This document shows, piece after piece, positions 1 to 13,200 of a stretch of DNA of 64,000 nt. Each line of letters begins with the position of its first letter. Within the stretch, counting starts at the first letter, position 1. The notes under the pieces are model-generated. The model was given only the letters and a program-made list of their open reading frames with translations. It made no database searches and was not told the origin of the DNA. Made by a program: the position numbers and the translations under genes. The DNA comes from Octopus sinensis (lineage: Eukaryota), in NCBI RefSeq assembly GCF_006345805.1, contig NC_043021.1:19654001-19718000 (forward strand), written 5' to 3'.

Positions 1-57
1 GTTCAAACACACTCTTTTTACTCTTCGACTTCGGAGTCACTTCAACTTTTTCTTCAT
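1..57 (-). CDS. BAZ1A: BAZ1A/ACF1 coding exon (partial, runs off window): (N)EEKVEVTPKSKSKKSVFE
   Basis: Poly-T tract plus AG acceptor at 59-58; phase 1 matches the preceding exon; KKSVFE aligns with the 'KTVLDRW' segment upstream of the PHD finger in BAZ1A orthologs as I recall them. Confidence 0.85.
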
Positions 58-117
58 CTAAAAACAAAAAAAAAAAGTTTTTTTTTAAATGTCATAAATA
101 ACTGTTTGAAATTATTC

Positions 118-520
118 CATTCTTATTTCTTTGTTGCCCACAAGGGGCAAAACAGAGAGAGGGCAAACAAAGGTATTAAGTTGATTACATCGACCCCCGT
201 GCATAACTGGTATTTAATTTATCGACCCTGAAAGGATGAAGGGCAAAGTCGACCTCAGCGGAATTTGAACCCAGAACGTAACAGCATATGAAATACCTAT
301 TTCTTCACTATCCACAAGGGGCTAAACAGAGAGAGGACAAACAAAGGTATTAAGTCGATTACATCAACCCCAGTGCATAACTGGTACTTAATTTATCGAC
401 CCCGAAAGGATGAAAGGCAAAGTCGACCTTGGCGGAATTTGAACCCAGAACGTAACGGCAGATGAAATACCGCTAAGCATTTCGTCCGGCGTGATAACGT
501 TTCTGCCAGCTTACCGCTTT
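118..520 (-). mobile_element. SINE family B (head ggcgagctggcagaaacgttagc, tail gtaaagaaatag), one full plus one partial copy in tandem
   Basis: Same ~230-bp sequence at ~3335-3568, 20940-21100, 25300-25460, 36836-37056, 48257-48485, 50687-50905 and 62292-62491. Confidence 0.8.
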
Positions 521-1149
521 CATTATTCCATTCTTGGCATCTCTGCCTTATCTTTTGTACAATTACCATTTCAATGGCTCCTGATCCTTGCATTTACAAT
601 TTCCTTTCTAACACATCTGAGACTTATCCTCCCACCTCTGTTCACCACTTAGAACTGTCTTACTTCAACTGACTCCAAGCCCTAAATTACCAACCCATTT
701 CATATCAACCTGCCTGAACACATCCCTAGTTCTATACAAACTTACTGCTTCAACCCTTTAGCTTTTAAACCAGATATATCGGCCCAAATATTCTCCCTGT
801 TTTCTGTTCAAACCAACCAGAGCTGACCTCTCACACCTGCCCTACAATGTCATTCTAAAAGCAAACAGTCACATCGATTTCTCAAAGCTACAAAGCAAGG
901 CCTGATTAGTTCAAAACAATGTGAATAAATAAGCATTACATTTGACAGAATAATCTGAATGCTAAAAGGTTAAACAAGGTCCTGTGTAAGACAGTTCAGT
1001 ATTCTCTGCAAATGCACAAAAACCGTTTTAAGTGCTAAATACTTTGTATTGTTGTTATTGGATTGGCGAAACGATTATGAGAACAGAACCAAGGGATAAG
1101 CCCCGCTTTCCCAGGAATTACTGGGTACGTCAGCTAGTATATGTGTGTG

Positions 1150-1193
<44 letters not shown>

Positions 1194-1538
1194 ATATACT
1201 CTTTTACTTGTTTCAGTCATTTGACTGCGGCCATGCTGGAGCACCGCCTTTAGTCGAGCAAATCAACCCCGGGACTTATTCTTTTGCCGAACCGCTAAAG
1301 TAACGGGGACATAAACACACCAGCATCGGTTGTCAAGCAATGCTAGGGGGACAAACACAAACACATATATATATATACGACGGGCTTCTTTCAGTTTCCA
1401 TCTACCAAATCCACTCACAAGGTTTTGGTCGGCCCGAGGCTATAGTAGAAGACACTTGCCCAAGATGCCACGCAGTGGGACTGAACCCGGAACCATGTGG
1501 TTGGTAAACAGGCTACTTACCACACAGCCACTCCTCTA

Positions 1539-1574
<36 letters not shown>

Positions 1575-1657
1575 AAATTGAATACGGGTAGAAATTGATA
1601 TTAATCAATTAAAACCAGTGGCATATTAAAGAAATCCGAAGATTAAAATATTTTTAC

Positions 1658-1792
1658 ATACAAAATTTAAAGGACTGACCACAAAAGTGGACGGTCAATA
1701 TGCTAGATATAGACGTCAAAATAGCGATTTTGACATCTATATCTAGCATATTGACCGTCCACTTTTAGTGGTCAGTCCATTAAATTTTGTAT
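1658..1792. repeat. Near-perfect palindrome, ~65-bp arms, 4-nt loop
   Basis: Arms 1658-1722 and 1727-1792 with ~3 differences. Confidence 0.92.
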
Positions 1793-1822
1793 ATACATAC
1801 ATATACATACATATATATATAC

Positions 1823-1863
<41 letters not shown>

Positions 1864-1877
1864 CATACATACACATA

Positions 1878-1911
<34 letters not shown>

Positions 1912-2054
1912 AATACATACATACATACATACATATATATGAGAAAGGCTCTTTCCAGTCTCCATCTACCAAATCTACTGACAAGATTACGATTACGGTA
2001 CTCCAATATACTAACAGACATCACCACAAACACACACCAAAATGACCGACTTAC

Positions 2055-2349
2055 TTTCATCACTGTCTTCACTCTTATCTGCTTTCTCATCTTTCTTCTT
2101 ATTCTTCTGATCTTTGCTACTCTCCAATTTCAGCCTAGATTTCCGAAGCTCCTCAGAGTCACCAAACGGCTCTCGCATGTAACGCGACTCAACACCATGA
2201 GCTATTTGCAGCAAAGCTTTCGCGAGGCTTTTAACAACATTATCAATGTTTCCATCACCACTTTCTCCACCACTTTCCTGATCGGGCGCCGGCTTCTCGC
2301 TCTTCAAGTTACCTTCCACTTTAGCACGCCACTGGAGACGATCTTTTAC
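2055..2349 (-). CDS. BAZ1A: BAZ1A exon: [12 protein letters not shown]...[23 protein letters not shown]...SEDSDE
   Basis: tttttccag acceptor, gtaagt donor; 295 nt, phase 0 to 1; [20 protein letters not shown] resembles BAZ1A 'LAMALFQIEQGIERRFLKAP'. Confidence 0.92.
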
Positions 2350-2566
2350 CTGGAAAAAGACAAGAAAATCGCATTTATGAATTTCTCTTGCGAGATTCCT
2401 GATGTGAAGCCATGTTGATACAGATATTGTTATATTTTGGGATGGTACCCCCCCCCCGCAAATAAACATATGCACTACATCTTCATGCTTCAGTCGTTTC
2501 TTACTGTTCTTATTCTAACTGATGTCCACTGACCGGAAATCTATCATCACATATCTGTTCTTAGAT

Positions 2567-3082
2567 CAGTGGTTTTCAACCAGGGAGGACAGACAGACAC
2601 ACACACACATACATACATACATACATACATACACGACGTACTTCTTTCAATTTCCATCTACCAAATCCATTCATAAGGCTTTCGCCGGCCCGAGGCTATA
2701 GTAGAAGACATTTGCCCAAGGTGCCACGCAGTGAGACTGAACCCAGAACCATGTGGTTGGGAAGCAAGGTTCTTACCACAGGGCCACACCTGCGCCAAAA
2801 GAAAAGGTAATGATGAACTGCCGTAACCAGGATTCGAAGCTGGGTTACCAGGGCCATAACATGGGGTCCTAACTACTAGACCAGTGGTTTTCAACCGGGG
2901 TTCCGCCAGTACAGTGCAGGGGTTCCGCAAGAAGTTACAAAAACTGCTAAATCAGCAGTAATTTTTAATTCTCCTGTGCAGATATATGTGCATAAGACTA
3001 TTAAATTATTGCACAGGGGTTCCTCGAGCCAGTGGAATGTTTCCTTGGGGTTCCGCTCCAGCAAAAAAGTTGAAAAGCACTG
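2567..3082. mobile_element. Composite hAT-like MITE with 8-bp TSD tcttagat
   Basis: CAGTGGTTTTCAAC...GTTGAAAAGCACTG termini; tcttagat at 2559-2566 and 3083-3090; a second left end at 2882. Confidence 0.75.
2819..2883 (-). pseudogene. 5'-truncated tRNA-His pseudogene
   Basis: tggtctagtagttaggaccccatgttatggccctggtaacccagcttcgaatcctggttacggca closely matches the invertebrate tRNA-His(GTG) sequence as I recall it; anticodon mutated to ATG, 5' acceptor strand missing. Confidence 0.75.
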
Positions 3083-5649
3083 TCTTAGATGAACAGAATG
3101 GACTAAGCAGAGCAGGAGAGAAAGTGTTGCTGGAGAGGTCACAGGTGTGTGACAAAAGATTTCCAGGCAATGGACATCAGTTAAGAACAGAACAGTGATA
3201 AACGAGCAAAGAACAGATATAAGTGTGAGTGTGTGTTTATTTGGCAAGAAAAAAAAATACAATATCCCAAATTATAACAATACAAGAAAATTAGATAATG
3301 AAATAAATGAAAAAAGCTTTACAAACAATACAGCATTTTTCTTTATTGCCCACAAGGGGCTAAACATAGAGGGGACAAACAAGGACAGACAAACGGATTA
3401 AGTCAATTATATCGACCCCAGTGCATAACTGGTACTTATTTAATTGACCCCAAAAGGATGAAAGGCAAAGTCGACCTCGGCGGAATTTGAACTCAGAACG
3501 TAACGGCAGACAAAATACCGCTTGGCATTTCGCCCGGCGTGCTAACGATTCTACTAGCTTACCGCCTTGTCTACATATAAGGAATACCTTATTTCATTTT
3601 GACTTACATCTTTTTTTTATTTTTGTTAACCTTTTAGTATACAAATTACTCTGTTAAATGTAATTCTTTTTTTCATTCAAATTGTTTTGAATTAAACATG
3701 CATTATCTTATAGCTTTGAGGTTTCAATGATGTCATTGTTTATTTTTAGAATGTCCAATGTAGGTAGATGTGAGGCAAGATATGGCCAGTTTGAACGCCA
3801 AACATGTAAAATATTTGGGCCAAGATAAGGCCAACTTAGACACTAAGAAATCGATGGAAAAAAAAAATAAACAAGCACCAATTTCAGCCAATTGATCCGA
3901 CTTCTTAATCACACAGCCATATAATTCCACACCAGTGACTAAATCTAGTTTAACTCTTTGAAACCAGCCACATCCATCCGAAATATTCTACTTCGCTAGA
4001 TCTGGTTTCTCAATTCTGCCCCACAATGTCATTCCAAAAAATTAACAGTTGCCTCATCAAAATCTCAAAGCTAAAAGATAATGCGTAATTAATTCAAAAC
4101 AATGTGAACAAATAAGCATTACATTTGAGGGAGTAATGCGAATGCTAAAGGATTTTAAAAAGGATGATGGGGGGGGGGGGGGCAGGACAAGGGAAACAAC
4201 TTCAGAACTAAATTCGTTTAATAATGGTTTCAAATTTTGGTGCTTAACTGGTATTTATTTTATCAACACCAAAAGGATGAAAGGCAAATTCAACTCCAGA
4301 ATGTAAAGGACAAAATGTTGTTAAGCATTTTGTACAGCATACGAACGATTCTTATTTCTTTACTGCCCACAGGGGGCTACACAAGCCAGGAGGCTGCACC
4401 AGGCTCCAGTCTGATCTGGCAGAGTTTCTACAGCTGGATGCCCTTCCTAACGCCAACCACTCCGAGAGTGTAGTGGGTGCTTTTTACATGCCACCGGCAC
4501 AGGTGCCGGGTGAGGCTGGCAAACGGCCACGATCGGTTGGTGCTTTTTATGTGCCAAGGAAACAAAAAAGGGCAATGCTTAAATTTGTATAATGCATAGC
4601 AACCAACCCAGAGAGTAGTGTTCTAGAGGTATGTGCATTTGAAACAAGGACTTCAATCAGGTCTGTCTTTCCCACAGTCTCATACAGGCCAAATTACTGA
4701 CAACCCCAAAGGGTGCACAGAATTGATTACCTGTACAGTGGTTGCCAAACCAGACTGAAGCCTGGTGCAGCTACCCAGCTTCCCAGCTCTGGTCTAACCA
4801 TCCAACTTATGCTAGCATGGACAATGGACGTTAAATGATGATGACGATATGCTAGCATTTTTACAGTTGAAAATCCAAATGCACCATCTTCATGAGTGCT
4901 GACACCAAATTCCCTAATGTCTGTTGAAATTATTCCTGCAATGCTGCTGCTCCACCACTTCAAACTTCCCCGAGTTTTGATGCTTATCTGCATGCAAGCA
5001 GATTCTTTCTACTGCGTAGGCTTTCACTCCTCTTCTAGACCTGCCTTAATAACTGTGTCATCCCAAAAAAGAAAAATTTACCTGGCACCTGTGCCAGTGG
5101 CACATAAAAAACACCCACTACACTCACGGAGTGGTTGGCGTTAGGAAGGGCATCAAGCTGTAGAAACACTGCCAGATCAGACTGGAGCCTGGTGCAGCCT
5201 CCTGGCTTCCCAGACCCCGGTCGAACCGTCCAACCCATGCTAGCATGGAAAGTGGATGTTAAACGATGATGATGATCATCATCATCATCATATGTTTCAA
5301 TCCTCTGTTCTGCCTTCTTTTATCCTCTGTTTAAAAAAAAAGGTGACCACATATTGCCAGTGAATTATTGTCCAGTCAGTTTCACTAGCTGCATCACTAA
5401 ACTGATGGAGTTCTTTGTCGGAGAGACACTATGAAACTTCTGGAACTCTCACAAGCTTCTCTGACTCTCAAAAGACATCACCTGAATCACAGATGTTGGT
5501 TCGTGGCTGGAGGTTATCTCTCTTGCATCCCCTGCAAAGCTTTCAATTCTGTGCAACACAAGCAATATGGCGACCAAACCTTGCTGCCATGAGCATGAGA
5601 GCTAATCTATTCTAATTGGTTGAAATCCTTAATTATTGGGTGAAGAGGT

Positions 5650-5830
5650 TTTGTCACAGTACTGGGACAGCATTCTGCATCTTATGCAATGATTTCTGGG
5701 GTCCTGCAGGGATCTGTTCTTAGTCCCGCTTCTCGTTTGTTGCGTACATTAACGACAGAGATGCCGACTTTAATCATGGGACTGTGTTAAAATATGTAGA
5801 CAACATCAAGCTATCTTTTTGAGATAAGAG
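5650..5830 (+). mobile_element. Degenerate CR1-group LINE reverse transcriptase remnant
   Basis: Frameshifted SGVLQGSVLS/PLL/FVAYIND...VLKYVDNIKL, matching the SGVPQGSVLGP...YADD pattern. Confidence 0.7.
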
Positions 5831-5955
5831 GAACAAATGTCAAGTGCTAGGGAGTTTCTTCTGCAATCTGGCCCAGACAAAATGCAGCAACAAACTGCAG
5901 ACTAGCAACACAAGTTTACTGTAGGTAAAGTGCACTACTAGTCACATACACACAA

Positions 5956-6019
<64 letters not shown>

Positions 6020-6175
6020 TCATCGTTTAACGTCCGCTTTCCATGCTAGCATGGGTTGGACGGTTCAACTGGGGTCTGGCAAGCCCGAAGGCTGCACCAG
6101 GCCAGTCAGATCTGGCAGTGTTTCTACAGCTGGATGCCCTTCCTAACGCCAACCACTCCGAGAGTGTAGTGGGTG

Positions 6176-6268
<93 letters not shown>

Positions 6269-7077
6269 GACGGGCTTCTTTCAGTTTCCGCCTACCAAAT
6301 CCACTCAAAAGGCTTTGGTTGGCCCAAGGCTATAGCAGAAGACGCTTGCCCAAGGTGCCATGCTGTGGGACTGAACCCGAAACCATGTGGTTGGTAAGTA
6401 AGCTACTCAACACACAGCCACTGCTGCGCCTATGGAACATGCTTACAAAACTTTAAAAGAAAACACGCAATCAATAATATTGTCCTAAGTAGACTTATCT
6501 CTGAATAAAAAATGGGAAGGATGAATTTTCTTCCAATCATAGGTTTGTACCTCTAGACGGTTGCTCAACGTGTTAGAAATAGCACAATGATGCTGAGGAT
6601 GAAGATGACTGGCATTATGAAGGGCGTCCAGCTATAGAGACCATGTCAAAACAGCTCCCAGTCTTGCCAGCTCTGGTCAAGCTGCCCAACCCATGCCAAC
6701 ATAAAAACGGACATTCACCCTTTAGCATTTAAACTGGCCATATCCAGCCTCTCACCCCTACCCTGCAATTTCATTCTAAAAACAAAACAATCACATCATT
6801 GAAATCTCGAAGCTACAAGATAACGCATGCTTAATTAAAAATTAAAAAATTTTTTAATTTGACTCAATAAGCCTTACATTTCACAGAGTAATCTGATTGT
6901 TAAAGAGTTAAATCAGAGGTCCCTAAACATTTTCATCTCCCCACACGGCCGGGTACCCAGAATGCATTCCTCGTGCCACTCCACCATTCACTACCACCAC
7001 AAACATAGAACACTTTCAGCAACAAATTCAAAATAACTGTATTTCACAAATAAAACTTAACCTAACTAACCCATTGT

Positions 7078-7372
7078 GGAGGCACATGGCCTAGTGGTTA
7101 GAGCAGCGGATTCGCAGTTGAGGAATTGCAGGTTCGAATCTCAGCCTGGGCGATGTGTGTGTTTATAAGCGAAACACCTAAGCTCCACGCAGCTCCGGCA
7201 GAAGGTAATAGCAAACTTCTGCTGATTCTTTCGCCACAACTTTCTCTCAGTCTTTCCTCTTGCAGCTCACCTGCGACGGACCGGCGTCCCGTCCAGATGG
7301 GGAACCTTTACGCCAAGGAAACCGGCCCTTATGAGCCAGGTATGGCTTAAGAAGGAACAAACAACCAACCAA
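7078..7372 (+). mobile_element. tRNA-derived SINE (fourth family)
   Basis: A box (tggcctagtggttag) and B box (ggttcgaatc) head, (aac)-like tail; relatives at ~54675-55060(+), 30660-30975(-) and 44840-45095(-). Confidence 0.7.
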
Positions 7373-7529
7373 CCCATTATTTTGTTTGCCTTTACATCCA
7401 TCACCTCGTTTTGACCACACCATTATCGCCCAACTTTTCCTTCAACACCAACCCCCCTGGGCAGGAAGGGTCAGTACTGCCCACTTTGGGAACCACTTGG
7501 GATGATGAAATCAAAAAGGCCACACTTAC

Positions 7530-8793
7530 CTTCACGGATCCAAGGCCGCCAACATATATTCTCTCCTCTAAATCCAAAAGTAAATCCCGCAAATTCAGCT
7601 CAAGGATTTCTTTGGCGCTGCTCGTCTCCTCAGAGTCCTTACTGCCATTTTTGTTTTTATCTTTTTTCATCCTCTGCTCTACATCCTCCGGATCTTCAAA
7701 CGGACAATTGCCAATTGATTCCTGAATCCGATCGCTGTTTTCCAGCAGGATCTGTTTCAGGAGTCCCTCTCGGAAGCCACGGGAATTTAGGGAATCCATA
7801 AGTTGGTTGAACTGTTCGGGCGACTTTATGTACGTCCAATGAACACGTTCTCTGTTTATAATTTTTTGTACAAACTCACTGTCCAAATACGCGGGTCTCT
7901 CATCTTCATCTTCGTCGTCGTCGTCATCATACTCTTCGTCATCGTCCTCCTCAGATTTGTCCATGCTGTCGTCAGTCATGTCAGTCAAATCTATCACACC
8001 GTTGCTACCCTTTTTCTCTGAAGTGGCTTCCTGTTTGTCTGTTTCCATGGGTTCAGTTTTATTAGTCTCAGGACTGGGAGTCTCAGACTCCTGCTTAACT
8101 GTCCCATCTTCTGTTGCCTTGCTTCCTTTTTCTTTGCTATCGCTCTCCTTCTCTCCATTTCCCTTTTTCTCACCATCACCCTCTTTCTCTCCACTTTCTT
8201 TCTTCACATCACTTTCCTTCTTCACATCACTTTCCTTCTTAACATCACTTTCCTTCTTCACATCACTTTCCTTTTTAACATCACCTTCCTTCTCTTCATC
8301 ATCTTCCTTCACCCCATCATCTTCCTTCACCCCATCAACTTCCTTCTCCCCGTCAACTTCCTTCTCCCCGTCAACATCCTTCTCCCCATCACCATCTTCT
8401 TCCTTATCTTTCTCATCATCATCTACATCATCATCATCCTCCTCTTTAGAACTGGGCAACAATTCTGATGGGACAGTTTCATCGTTATCCTCAACGAACA
8501 GCCCTGGTAATGAGCTGAAGGTCCAGTAACGCCGGTACATGCGGTCACGACCGAGAGGGTATACAGCATTGCCCTGCTGGAGTTTAGCAATTGAATTTAG
8601 AAATTCTTTCTCCTTCTCCAAGTTTTCGCTCTTCTTCTTGGCATCAAGCTGCTCCCGTTTCTGCCAGTAAGCGTCCTTTTCTTCAGGGGTTAGTTCCTGT
8701 TCATTGATTTTCTCAAGGTCTTCGAGTTTATTGAATTTGTCGATTTGTACAAGGCGACTGCGTGACGTCTTTTTATCAGGTTTTTCTTTCTCC
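7530..8793 (-). CDS. BAZ1A: BAZ1A large exon with WHIM2/WHIM3 (WSD) motifs and acidic/lysine-rich insert
   Basis: gttttag acceptor, gtaagt donor; 1264 nt, phase 2 to 0; PLGRDRMYRRYW, LNSRGFREGLL and LLLDLEERIYVGGLG motifs. Confidence 0.95.
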
Positions 8794-8902
8794 CTAAAAC
8801 AGAAGAAAACAAAAATGATTTTCAAAAACCTAAAAAACCCAGGAATATTACTTAACAAGGCATACATGAAAATAACTCAACTTTAGATCTTTCATTACAT
8901 AC

Positions 8903-9310
8903 TCTTTTTACTCTTTTACTTGTTTCAGTCATTTGACTGCGGTCATGCTGGAGCACCGCCTTTAGTCGAGCAACTCGACCCCGGGACTTATTCTTTTGTA
9001 AGCCCAGTACTTATTCTATCGGTCTCTTTTGCCGAACCGCTAAGTGACGGGGACGTAAACACACCAGCATCGATTGTCAAGCAATGCTAGGCGGACAAAC
9101 ACAGACACACAAACATACACATACATACATATATATATATACATATATACGACAGGCTTCTTTCAGTTTCCGTCTACCAAATCCACTCACAAGGCATTGG
9201 TCGGCTCGAGGCTATAGTAGAAGACACTTGCCCAAGATGCCACACAGTGGGACTGAACCCAGAACCATGTGGTTGGTAAGCAAGCTACTTACCACACAGC
9301 CACTCCTGCG
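8903..9310 (-). mobile_element. SINE family A (tRNA-like head ggcgcaggagtggctgtgtggtaag, internal microsatellite, (aaagagt)n tail)
   Basis: Near-identical copies throughout the window; related full or partial copies at ~1190-1533, 26370-26530, 27230-27470, 35290-35450, 46830-47195, 53800-54008, 56180-56405, 59350-59560, 60095-60355. Confidence 0.85.
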
Positions 9311-10589
9311 CTTATAATGTTAGTCTTTTTTGTTTTAAATTTTTTACCCTCAGATCCACACTGAAATCACAGCGTACCTACAAGTGTGTCAGCCCTTCAT
9401 CTGACTGCTTTCTCATCACTTTTAGAAAATTGGGCATTTTTTTTTAACTCTTTAGCATTCAAACCAGTCATATCCTGTCCAGATGTTCCAACTGTTTCAT
9501 CTTCAAACTGGTCAGATCCAGCCTCTCACACATACCCTATAATGTCATTCTAAAAGTAAATAATCACATCACTGAAATCTCAAAGCTATGAAATAATGTA
9601 TGATTCATAGAAGGCAATATGAGTAAATCTATATATATAAAGCTGAAGTTGTCTGTGTGTGTGTGGTGGAAGGTTTAGTAGCCTTCAACTAGCACCATCT
9701 CCTCCGAGACCCTGCGGCGCAAGTTGACCAAAATTGAGAGTATGATAGAAGAAGGCTTGCTCTTCATTCCATAGAAGAAAAAATTCTAATTGAACCATGT
9801 TAAGACTAAAAATTATTTACATCATTCAAAAGTACCCATTTTTCTGAAAGTTATGAGGAAACAAAGTCAACTTGAGTGACTTACCAATAACTCACCTCCC
9901 CAACTATCCCCCAAAAAAATTCTTCAGAAATTCCAATACAATTGGAATCTGCACCAGCTGAAAGGTATTTGAAGAAAATTTCTTAGAAGAAAAAAAAATT
10001 ATCCATTTTTCTAAAAGCTATGAGGAAACAAAGTCTGGGAGGTGGGTACACATGTGTATAGGTATGCTGAAATCCCTTTATCACTTCTATTCATACAATT
10101 CGAATTCAAAACTACACAACCAGTTTCCACACACATTGCATAAAATGCGCTAGCTGCATGCTTTGCATAAATCGCTCATTTTGCACCGAATTTTGCCAGC
10201 TGCACACATTACACAAAAATTCTTGAAATTACATGTTGCATTGAATGTTGCTTTATCCGAGGGCATCGATGAGTTAGAAGCATGAGATGAGGAAGGGGGA
10301 TCAGAATAGGTTCTCCCACAAGATTTCCACGGCTACTTACATTTTGTAGGAGAGGAAGAAAGAAAAAAAAGAGAAACGAGAAGTTAAATACACAAAGACA
10401 GCAGCCTCATGAAATGAAGGACGCAGTGATGCGGTTCTTATTGGATCGACCATGAAAGCCTTAAATTGACCCTTGATGTGATTTGAACCAAGGATGCCGT
10501 CACGACCGTTCTAACAGTATGCTCGCCTCGCGACCAAATGGTTGCAGGTTCGATCCTACTGCATGACACCTTAGAATTTTTTTTCTTTG

Positions 10590-10792
10590 ATTCTTTTACT
10601 TGTTTCAGTCATTTGACTGCGGCCATGCTGGAGCACCGCCTTTAGTCGAGCTAATCGACCCCGGGACTTATTCTTTGTAAGCCCAGTACTTATTCTATCG
10701 GTCTATTTTTGCCGAACGGCTAAGTGACGGGGACGTAAACACACCAGCATCGGTTGTCAAGCAATGCTAGGGGGACAAACACAGACACACAA

Positions 10793-10839
<47 letters not shown>

Positions 10840-11010
10840 CATATGTACGACGGGCTTCTTTCAGTTTCCGTCTACCAAATCCACTCACAAGGCATTGGTC
10901 GGCCCGAGGCTATAGTAGAAGACACTTGCCCAAGGTGCCGCGCAGTGGGACTGAACCCGGAACCGTGTGGTTGGTAAGCAAGCTACTTACCACACAGCCA
11001 CTCCTGCGCC
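10590..11010 (-). mobile_element. SINE family A
   Basis: Full-length copy by similarity to the other copies. Confidence 0.85.
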
Positions 11011-11085
11011 TAAGAATACTTTACAAATGTGGCATGAAATGCTGTGCCCCCCTACAAGAAATATCAAAAGCAGAGAAATACTTAC

Positions 11086-11196
11086 TCAGTAATGCCGTTG
11101 TTCACCTCAACACCGGCTTGTCTTAGTGCTTCGTTAGCTATCTTCATTTCTAGCTGCTTCCGTTCACGAAGTCTTTCTTCCACACTACGCTTGTAT
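11086..11196 (-). CDS. BAZ1A: BAZ1A exon: YKRSVEERLRERKQLEMKIANEALRQAGVEVNNGIT(E)
   Basis: cttttccag acceptor, gtaagt donor; 111 nt, phase 2 to 2; joins both neighbours in frame. Confidence 0.9.
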
Positions 11197-12638
11197 CTGG
11201 AAAAGAAGAGCAACAAAATGTGATCGGGTCCACTTACACAGTCCACAGATGAGTCTTACAAGAAAGGAAGAAAGGTAAGATGATGCACAAAGCCTTTTCG
11301 TACCAACCCACCGAGGCCACCGCTGTTTAGCATATTTCTGTTTGAGATGCTCTGTGTTTCTCTTTTACTTGTTTCATGCTCGGATGGTGCTCTTAGCGCT
11401 CCACAAGCACAGATGCCAGTCATCGAATTTGATTTCCATTTCACTTGCCTCGACAGCTCTTCGCAAGCAGAGTTTATCATCATCATCATCATCATTTAGC
11501 GTCCGCTTTCCATGCTAGCATGGGTTGGACGGTTCAACTGGGGTCTGTGAAGCCAGAAGGCTGCATCAGGCCCAGTCTGATCTGGCAGTGTTTCTACGGC
11601 TGGATGCCCTTCCTAATGTGAGTGTAGTGGGTGCTTTTTACGTGCCAACGCATAAGTGGGCTGGTTACACTCCTGGTATAGGCCACGACGTTATGGTCTC
11701 ACTTAGCTTGCCGGGTCTTCTAAATTACAAAGATCCATGATCCAACAGACATGGACACAGGCAACAATAACAACAGCATCAAAAAGAAAATTATAAACAA
11801 CAAAGTAGTTATCTGATAATCACTGTCGCAACCAGACGAGCAGATGTCATTATACACCACTGGTTACAATGCACACCTCACATTGTAGTTTCCAATGCCA
11901 CTCCACTGGCATGGCATATAGGCCTATGAGTGTAGAAGTGACTGAGACCACAACATTTCCCTTGAATGGGAAGCCAGTTCGTCACAAGGTCACTCATTTA
12001 CAGCTGAGAAAAATGGGGAAAAAAACATGAAATGGAAGTGTTTTGCTCAAGAACACAACACACTTCCTGGTCTGGGAATCAGAACCACAATCTTGCAATC
12101 ATGAGTGCAAACGTCCGCTTTACATGCTGGCATGGGTTGGACGGTTCAACTGGGGTCTGGGAAGCCAGAAGGCTGCACCAGGCCCAGTCTGGTCTGGCAG
12201 CGTTTCTACAGCTTGATGCCCTTCCTAACGCTAACCACTCCGTGAGTGTAGTGGGTGCTTTTTACGTGCCAGACGAGGCTGGCAAACGGCCACGATCGGA
12301 TGGTGCTTTTTATGTGCCACCGGCACAGGGACCAGACGAAGCTGGCAACAGCCACGGTCGGATGGTGCTTTTTACATGCCAGCAGCACGGATGCCAGTCG
12401 GGTGGCGCTGGCTACGGCCATGTTCGGATGGTTCTCTTACGTGCCACCGGCACTGGTATCACAGCTACAAATTCCATTGATGTTGACAGATTACGATTTT
12501 GATTTTCACTTGCCTCAACAGGTCTTCAAAACAATTCAAATAAATAAGCATCACATTTTAGAGATTAACCTGAGTGCTGAAGGGTTAGCTTAAAAAAAAA
12601 CAGAGTAATATGTGATTATACTGATGGTGACTGCTTAC

Positions 12639-12804
12639 CTTGCAGTTGCTTCTTCTCGCTCTCTCCTCAACTCCGACCATTGTAACTGTTTCAAATCCAT
12701 CTTCAACTGTCGTAATCTCTCAAAGTTGTCCTCAACCAAATCCCTGGAAGCTGCATAGGTGAGGAACTGGTGCACAAGCGTTGACAAAGTCTTCAACTTG
12801 CACT
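12639..12804 (-). CDS. BAZ1A: BAZ1A exon (WHIM1): CKLKTLSTLVHQFLTYAASRDLVEDNFERLRQLKMDLKQLQWSELRREREEATA(R)
   Basis: atttatcag acceptor, gtaagc donor; 166 nt, phase 1 to 2; WHIM1-like sequence. Confidence 0.93.
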
Positions 12805-12861
12805 CTGATAAATATAAATAGACAAAAATTTTCTTTTTAAATGCCATGTCAACAAAGTTGT

Positions 12862-13200
12862 GCAGGAGTGGCTGTGTGGTAAGAAGCTTGCTTCCCAACC
12901 ACATGGCTCCAGGTTCAGTTTCATCGCGTGGCACCTTGAGCAAGCGTCTTATACTATAGTTTCGGGCTGGCCAAAGCCTTGTAAGTGGATTTGGTAGACA
13001 GAAACTGAAAGAAGCCCATTGCGTGTGTGTGTGTGTGTATGTCCCACCACCATCACTTGATGACGATGTTGGTGTGTTTATGTCCCCGTAACTTAATGGT
13101 TCGGCAAAAGAGACCAATAGAATAAGTACTTGTTCGACTAAAGGCGATGGTGCTCCAGCATGGCTGCAGTCAAATGACTAAAACGAGTAAAAGAATAAAA
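12862..13200 (+). mobile_element. SINE family A (diverged)
   Basis: Head and tail recognisable. Confidence 0.8.

Noticed and set aside
1768-2418. 216-aa plus-strand ORF; likewise 7957-8529
   Set aside because: Microsatellite plus antisense of real BAZ1A exons.
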